Of a DNA stretch of 64,000 bases, positions 56,701 through 64,000 are shown piece by piece. Location of the stretch: NCBI RefSeq assembly GCF_009834535.1, contig NC_045717.1:27280001-27344000 (forward strand). The letters run 5' to 3'. Within the stretch, counting starts at the first letter, position 1; each line of letters begins with the position of its first letter. Under the pieces are notes generated by a model. That model had not been told where the DNA came from. It was given only the letters and a program-made list of their open reading frames with translations, and made no database searches. The translations under genes were made by a program, and so were the position numbers. This stretch comes from Camelus ferus. Its lineage: Eukaryota.

Positions 56701-59700
56701 GTCAATTACTGGTGTACAGCATACTGTCCCAGTCATGCATATACATACATATATTCGTTTCCATATTCTTTTCCATTGAAGGTTATTACAGGATATTGAA
56801 TATAGTTCCCTCTGCTGTACAGAAGAAACTTGTTTTTTTAATCTGTTTTTATATGTAGTGGTTAACATTTACAAATCTCAAACTCCCAAATTTATCTCTT
56901 CCCACTCGCTTTCCTCTGGTAACCATAAGATTGTTTGCTATGTCTGTGAGTCTGTTTCTGTTTTATAGATGAGTTCATTGGTGTCCTTTTTTTTTTTTTT
57001 TCTTTTAGATTCCACATCTCAGTGATACCATATGGTATTTTTCTTTTTCTTTCTGGCTTACTTCACTTAAAGTAATGGACTGAGTCCATCCGTGTTGCTG
57101 CAAATAGCAGTATTTTATTCTTTTTTATGGCTGAGTAGTATTCCATTGCATAAATATACCACAGCTTCTTTATCCAGTCATCTGTCGATGGACATTTTGG
57201 CTGATTCCATGTCTTGGCTATTGTATATAGTGCTGCTGTGAACACTGGGGTGCATGGTATCTTTTCAATTTAGAGTTCCTCTGGATATACACCCAAGAGT
57301 GGGATTGCTGGATCATATGGTAAGTCTATTTTTAGTTTTTTGAGGAATCTCCATACTGTTTTCCATAATGGCTCCACTAAACTGCATTCTCACCAGCAGT
57401 GTAGGAGGGTTCCCTTTTCTCCACACCCTCTCCAGCATTTATCACTTGTGGACTTTTGAATGATGGGCATTCTGACTGGTGTGAGGTAATACCTCATTGT
57501 AGTTTTGATTTGCATTTCTCTGATAATTAGGATGTTGAGCATGTTTTCATGTGCCCATTAGCCATTTGTGTGTCTTCATCGGAGAATTGCTTATTTACAT
57601 CTTCTGCTCGTATTCGGTTTGGGTTGTTTGGTTTTTTGTTATTAAGTTGTATGAGCTGTTTACATATTCTGGAGATTAAGCCCTTGTCAGTCTCATCTTT
57701 TGCAAATATTTTCTCCCATTCTGTAGGTTGTTGTTTTGTTTGTTTTATGGGTTCCTTTGCTGTGCAAAAGCTTATATGTTTAATTAGGTCCCACTTGTTT
57801 ATTTTTGCTTTTATTTCTATGAAAACTGAGCACCTGTAACATTATAAAGTAGCAGCTCTGGAAATCAGATCCTACTCTCCCCAAGGATTGCTGTTGCTGT
57901 TTGTTGTAGATGTTGCTGGTTGTTTGCTTAGTGACTTTCCTGAACTAATTTTGTGAAGTCTGTGTTCTTTGTCACGGGTGGCCATAAAGTTCTGCTGTCA
58001 GCTGCGAACACCTGGAACTGGGGGAAAAGCTCCCGGTTTACAGGTGGGCTCTGTGCAGTGTTGGGGCGTGTCCACTGACAACTCTGTCTTAGCTTGCAGC
58101 ACCTGAAGGTCGGCCAGAGGTGAGAGTCTTGGGCCTTCTCAGTTCTTTCCTGAGCATGGGTGCAGCCCTGGCCTTTAGACTTCCAACCCTTACTCTCCAG
58201 AGCACCTGATTCCCTGGCCTTTCCTCCCAAGCTTTTTGGTTAGTCTGTCTGCCTCCACTGCTGTCCACTGCCCCAGGCAGCAGTGACGATTACATTTCCT
58301 ATGAATGTTTCCGACCAGTGCTCCAGGGAGCCCCCAGCTGGGACCACACAGTCACAGTTCTTTGTAAGTGAGGTCTGTTCTGCTCCGTCTGGTGCACATG
58401 GCCACCCCCAATCTGATTCTCATCATTGTTGTCAGTTTTTCTGTTGCTTTTATCAGGGGGGTGGAGTGGACCTCTGGAGTTTCTTAATATGCCATTTTAA
58501 AACTTGAAATTATATAAAAAGAAAATGTGAACCTTGCATCAGGGGCCGCAGATGGAAAATAACCTTGAATAGAAACACAGTGAATGTGAAGCTGTGGTTT
58601 TAACAGCTTGCTGGACACAGCTGACTACCCTGGGTCTGTGTCCCGGGCCCTTAGCATCTTCATGGTGAGGCCCTAAGGACCACGCACCCCTACTGGGACT
58701 TTCTGTTGCATCGTCAGAAAAGTGGAAAGGGAAGAACTGATGGTGTCTAACGCTAGCAGTGTTTCTACATGAACTCCTTCCTTGTGCTGAGTCCCGGGCT
58801 TAGGGAAACCAGCAGGAGGGGCGGGGCGGGGGGGGGGCGGTGTTGGAAGGCAGCAATGCTGCGGGAGCTGCCTGGCCTCTGAGCCCTGGGGGCTGCCCTC
58901 TGCCCGGCCTCCTGACCCTGCTGGCCCCCACCCCCTTTTTAGATTATCTTTCTACTCTGGGCACTCCTCCTTCGGAATGTACTGCATGATGTTCTTGGCG
59001 GTGAGTCTGTGTCTCTGTGACCTGCTTGTTGTGGGGCAGTGGCCAAGTCACTCCCCTTCCATGGGTGGGTGAGGGGGTGATGGGTGGGCTAACTGGTTCG
59101 GTCATAAAAACGGGAGGTCCTGGGTCTGTGGGTTCACTCCTGGCCCCAGTGCTCCATCTGTGCATTGTGTGGGACCTGAGCCTGGCAGGGGCCCATGCTG
59201 ACGGCTGCTCTTGGCTCTCGGCCCCCAGCTCTATGTGCAGGCTCGGCTCCGCTGGAAGTGGGCGCGGCTGCTGCGGCCCACCGTGCAGTTCTTCCTGGTG
59301 GCCTTCGCCCTGTACGTGGGCTACACCCGCGTGTCTGACCACAAGCACCACTGGAGCGATGTTCTCGTCGGCCTCCTGCAGGGGGCACTGGTGGCCGGCC
59401 TCACTGTGAGCTCCTGGGTCCTGACCCCCTGCCCTGACCCGAGACCACACTCTGGGACCCCCTTGCCCTCTTTCTCTCTTCCCAGGACCCCAGGCCTCCC
59501 CTTTCCCATCTTCCCTGTAAGAACCCATCTCTGTCTTTCTCGTTGCCCTGCCCCACGGTGCCCCTCCCCTCCTGGGTCCCACCGCCCCTCCCTGTGTGGT
59601 TCTGCCCTCATCCCCGCCCACTTCTTACCTTCCTCTCCTCTGCCAGGTCCGATACATCTCTGACTTCTTCAAAGCCCGGCCCCCACAGCACTGCCCAGAG

Positions 59701-59797
59701 GAGGAGGACATCGAAGCGGAAGCCCAGCCTCTCGCTGACACTGACTCTGGGCGAGGCTGACCGCAACCACTATGGGTACCCGGTCTCCTCCTCCTGA
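49974..59797 (+). CDS. PLPP2: Phospholipid phosphatase 2 (LPP2/PPAP2C), 6 coding exons; +1 frameshift in the last exon as assembled
   Basis: Exons 49974-50025, 53635-53786, 53989-54263, 58943-59000, 59229-59405 and 59647-59797. Catalytic motifs [15 protein letters not shown] and [12 protein letters not shown] are intact. The as-written frame stops at 59758-59760, while the canonical tail [23 protein letters not shown] lies in the +1 frame ending at 59797. Confidence 0.95.
51104..51608 (-). mobile_element. Probable ERV1-type solo LTR inserted in a MIR, PLPP2 intron 1
   Basis: The minus strand begins TGAAACGC and has AATAAA at 51193-51198. CCCC lies on both flanks, and removing the block rejoins a MIR-like cagatgggagact|ccccagagatgttc..ggtcacacggc. 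Confidence 0.55.
52385..52570 (-). mobile_element. Lineage-specific (camelid-type) L1 3' end
   Basis: T-rich tail then ttattgagttatagtcattttacaatgttgtgtcaaattccagtgtagagcac..tgtgagctaccacaagaccttgtatatatttccctgtgct. Confidence 0.65.
56068..56214. other. Assembly gap (N run)
   Basis: A run of about 147 N. Confidence 0.99.
56666..57819 (-). mobile_element. Younger 5'-truncated L1 (ORF2 C-terminus plus 3' UTR)
   Basis: The minus [56 protein letters not shown] is L1 ORF2p C-terminus. It is flanked by tgaaaagtgggc (56654-56665) and tgaaaactgagc (57820-57831). Confidence 0.85.
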
Positions 59798-60105
59798 GGC
59801 CGGGAGCCGTTCCCAGCTGGGGCTCAGGCTGTGGTCAGCATGTCCGTGGTCCTGGCAGGCCCTTCACCTGGGATGGTGATGAGGGCTCTGGCAGGCTCCA
59901 GGTGCCCCAGGCTGGCTCCCCGGGGCGGGTTCCACTAACCCCACCTCCTGAGATGGGACCAGGGGCCTGGGGTGCCTGGGGCAGCCCTAGAGTTTGGAGG
60001 AAGACCCTGTTCTCAGGACCCCCTTCGTTTGTGGGGTTAGGGAAGGGACTGAGAAAGTCCCCGTGGGTGCTGTTTTTGTAAAATGGATTATGTATGTGGA
60101 TTTTT

Positions 60106-60111
60106 AGTAAA
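60106..60111 (+). terminator. Candidate PLPP2 polyadenylation signal (AGTAAA variant)
   Basis: No AATAAA/ATTAAA near the stop. AGTAAA lies about 310 nt downstream of the stop, after a U/GU-rich stretch. Confidence 0.4.
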
Positions 60112-62719
60112 GTAGGGCGTTCAGTTGACAAATGTTATCAGCACTTCTGTTTTGTACGGCCGTTCTGAGGACCACTTTCCTTCAGCAGAGGCGGGGACCC
60201 TCTTTTGTCGGGGCTCTGCTGAGCTCAGTTGTGGGAGTAGCTGGTCAGTCAGCGAGGCCTGTGGTCGCTGCTCTGGGCACATTTGGCAGGAGGTCAGCGG
60301 AAAGAAGCACCGACTGCCCGTCGCTCTCTCAGGAGGCCCAGCATTGCGGCTGGGGGTCGGGCAGACCTGCACAAGTAGCAGGGGTAAGGGGGGCGGTCAC
60401 ACTGCGGAGAGAGCCCTGAGCAGGAGATGCCTGCAGTTGCTTGGATGCTGGAGGGCCAGGAGTAGGAGAGTCCTGAGACCCAAGTTGGAGAGGTCTTACA
60501 GCTCTTCTGTCCTCCCAGGAAGTTTCCCTCTCCCGAGGGCCCCTACAGGACCTGCCCCCAAGGCCCCACCCACACAGGCCCTGTGCCCACCCGTAGCTCC
60601 CCCTGCCTCCCCGCCAGGCCCCTGGATGTGAGCACTTGGGTGGAAATTCAGATTTGGGTAAGCGTATGGCCAGAGGAGCCTGAGCCCTCACCTGCGCCCC
60701 CAGAGGATGCACGCAGGGCTGTGTCTGAGTCCAGGGAGACGGCAGCTCGCCGGGGCTTTGCCAGGTGGAGCCTTTGCGTGGTTGCAGTTGGAAAGATCAC
60801 GCATGGGGTTTTAGCCTGGAACCGGGCTCATTGTCCCCTTTCTACTCAGGATATACCCCCTCCCCACACCGAAGCCTCAGATCGCCTCCCCTCAAGTGAC
60901 CGGGACCCCTGCCCTTGGATCATTCCGTATCAGCAGGGCCCACCAGCACCTGCACACACTGGATTTCCAGGGTGCCCAGTTTGTCCACTTCCTGTGTTCC
61001 CAGAGGACTCACCACAGCTGAAACTCCCCCATCCTGACCCCTTTTCTCTGGTTCCATGGACCCTGGTGCAGGTGGAGCTTCAAAAATGGGTCCACTGTCC
61101 TCTGGCCTGGAATGGGGACTCCTCACTCACCACTCACAGAAGTGAATGTCAGGGAAGCAACATAGATAAGGCCTCACACCAACCTCTAGGAATATTTTCT
61201 AAACAGGAAAAATGTGTTCAAACCCCAATGTGGGGAAGACTTTTGTAACTGGGAAAACAGTGAAGAGGAGGGAAGTGGGGCCCAGGCCAGAGCAGAGGGC
61301 CAGGAGGTGGGACAGACACTGTGTGCCCGGAAATGTCTAAGGTGACATTGGAGCTTCTGAAGCTGATCGCGGACGGCTGGTGTCCCTGAAGCCATTGCAG
61401 GACATACAGAGCTTACCTTTTCTCTCAGAGAGTTAAGTGATAAGTTTAACTTTTCACCAAGTATCTGTGCAAAATGGGTTACTTATTTTTTAATGTCTGT
61501 TTCTGTTTTATTTGCACCCAGAACCTGTCTTATTCCATACCCCTTGCAGGTGTGCCTGTCTGGTCTTAGTGGGTTTCTGCAGCACCTGGGGGCAAAGAAG
61601 CAGCCTCTCAGCCCTGCACTGGAGGCCAAGATGGAGAAGACCCCCGTGGCCACTGTGACATCCCCTGGGCCGCAGCAGATGGGGAGGCAGTTGACCCAGA
61701 CACTGCATAGCAGCAGAGCGCGGAAGGTCAGGAACTTGGTTTCCTTAAAGTATCAGGCAGATTCCTGGCCAGGAAAGCCACTGTGAAGCTCCCTGGAGCC
61801 AAAGAGCCCGGTGTCCCAGGACACAGCTGAAGATGGTGATGAGTCCTCATTGCATGTGAGAAGGACACGTCCAGGCTTGGAGTGTGGCTGTGTCAGTTAA
61901 GGGGAAGGAGTCCCCAGGCAGATTCCACGGAGAGTCAGCTGAGTCAGGGAGCAGATGAGATTGACACCAACCAGTGCCTCACCCTCCTCCCAGGAGCAGT
62001 GACCCTGAAAGCCAAGGCCACAGTGATGGTTTTGGCCCACATGTGGAATAGGCCACTGTAAACACTACTCCCAGTGTGGATTGCTGGGGGACACAGTGGC
62101 TGCGCTGGGACAGGCAGGGAGGAGTCAAGAGCAGAAGAAGTGCAGGAGGAGGGGAAAGAGGAGGATGCAACTGAGAGCCCGGGCACTGCTGACCGTGGGA
62201 GAGCCGGTGCTGCACAAAGACTCACAGAAGCACAGCTGTGAAGGCGGAGGAGGAGAGGGCAGACCTGGCTGGAGCCGCCCCTAGAAGCCCGAAAGCTCAC
62301 AGCCTTTGGGGGCAGCGTCCTCTGGTACTGTTTGAGTGTTGGACACTCTGGTCCGTGATGGGAAAAGCAGGGATGCAAGGTCTCAGATCCAGTAATTCCT
62401 ACAGATCTGAGCGTCAGTGTGTGGTCATGTTCATGTCGAAAGGTTAGGACATATTGGTTCACCCCAGCAAGGCTGCATGGAAGCTCTCATGCATAATCTC
62501 AGATTTGCACAATCTATGGTTCTAGGGAAAATGTGTGTTTTCTCCTTTCCTCTTCACACATGGCAGGCACTTAGTTGATTCTCATGGGAAACTCCTAGAT
62601 TCTTAGCCATGTAAATGTCATTTCTCGATGACATTCCCTTGATGCCCAACGTCCCCGCCTTCTCATGTTAACTGGCTTCGAAAGCATCTCTAACTAAGCA
62701 TTGAACGGTATGCAGGAAG

Positions 62720-62975
62720 TTCTGCTGTTGAGGTTGTAGGTGCAGCATGTGCTGTGGTTTTATAGGGAGTCGTGCTTGCTTTTTTACAGGTACATACTGA
62801 AGTATACCGGAGCAAAATTTTGTAATAGCTATGACCTACAATATTTCACAATACAGAAATATGAAGCAAATGTTGCACGATGTAGTAATTGTTAAGCCTG
62901 CATATTTGTGAATAGGAACCCATTATGACACTCTTTTTACTGTATTTTGGAAACATTTATATGAAATGAAAACTG
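62720..62975 (+). mobile_element. Old L1 (L1MC/ME-type) 3' remnant
   Basis: cttgctttttacaggtacatactgaagtat..gcaaatgttgcacgatgtagtaattgttaagcc..actctttttactgtattttggaaacatt. Confidence 0.5.
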
Positions 62976-64000
62976 GAAAGCTCTGCCTAAGTAAACCTTC
63001 CTAAGTTGAAAAATATGTACTAATCATTCACCAAATGAATCCCTATTTAAGTTGTAACAACACGGAACCCTGACTGGAAAACTGGTTACTGTAGTGCTCT
63101 CTGCTTACCAATTCCCGGCCGCAGTGGTGTCTGGGCTCTTTCGGAGGGTCACTCCCGGGGCCATGTGGTTTGGTCATTCTCCCTGGAGGCTGAGTAGCTT
63201 CAAGCCTGCTTGTCTGGCCCTTCTTATTGAGGAGGGGAGAGTTGTACTGCAGTTTTAAAAACCTGTGATTTTTGTTAAGCCTCTTTCAGTGCATTTTCAG
63301 CAGCTGGACAGTTCCTAGGTCCCGTATCTGACATAAAGATGCTCCAGAGTTTTTCTCTTAGCCTCATTTTTATCAGTGTGAGTTTGGAATCCGAGCAGCG
63401 CAGTTTATACATTTAGTAGCCACAGTTTTGTGAATCTGGGGCACTGGGTAAGAATTTCCAATTGAAAAAATGCTGGAATTGCTCGGCAATAAGCATCTGC
63501 TCGAACCACGAGGAATGCACGAATCTCCCGCCCGTGTCTTTTCTTGGCCTCTAGAGAAAACGCTCACCTCTCACAGCATCAGAGGCCGACAGCCCTGCCC
63601 AGGTCCAGCCAAGATGCAGCAGTGACACCACCACACCTGTGGGCAGAGGAGCCCTCAGGTTCAGACAGGGACACCGACCCTTGACACTCAGCAGGGGGTC
63701 ACGGGTGACCTAAGTGGCAAGAGAAAAACATGGTCACTGTCTTCCTGAAGGAAGCAGTCAAGAGGTGCTTCTGTGGTATTTGTGAATGATATCTCTTCCT
63801 TTGACCTGCCGTGGAAAGCGCTCTGGGTATTAAACAACCTCACTCACTTCCAGTAGTAAGAGCCGCTCAAGGGCTTTTTCACACCACATTGTTTTGAGCA
63901 CCACTGCAAGGGCTGCCTGGAAAAGTTGCTCAGGAGCTATTTCTAGGACCAGCTTCAGCCTTTAAAGTCTTCCTCCTCTGTCCTGTCAGTGCCAGCTCAA

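Larger units (their letters stand above)
54590..58500 (-). mobile_element. Nested L1 cluster in PLPP2 intron 3 (old L1 host spanning the gap)
   Basis: The minus-strand translation [21 protein letters not shown] (about 55990-56070) is L1 ORF1p-like. An L1MB-type 3' end lies at about 54600-54930. Confidence 0.75.

Noticed and set aside
63373-63567. 64-aa minus ORF with a CxxC (CINC)
   Set aside because: Short, non-ATG start and no recognisable family; insufficient support for a gene.

Overview
This is GC-rich mammalian genomic DNA, probably camelid judging from the lineage-type L1 3' ends. It is syntenic with the human 19p13.3 block and carries three multi-exon genes, all on the + strand. THEG/SPMAP2 has 8 coding exons (842-15647, 379 aa, intact). 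MIER2 has 14 coding exons (21617-42228, 559 aa, intact, CpG-island promoter). PLPP2/PPAP2C has 6 coding exons (49974-59797) with intact catalytic motifs but a +1 frameshift in the last exon as assembled. The main accessory feature is a 6.36-kb, two-LTR, internally deleted class I (gammaretrovirus-like) endogenous provirus inserted antisense in THEG intron 1 (1842-8204). It has a tRNA-Thr-like PBS, MLV-like gag and integrase, a type-D/syncytin-like env remnant, and structurally discordant CCAAT-array LTRs. The remainder is MaLR (MLT1) LTRs, L1/L2/MIR remnants (many strongly GC-shifted), a hAT-like DNA transposon remnant, a second solo LTR, a short minisatellite over a MIER2 splice donor, and one assembly gap (56068-56214). 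Gene and repeat identities come from recognising translated or consensus sequence from memory; no database search was run.
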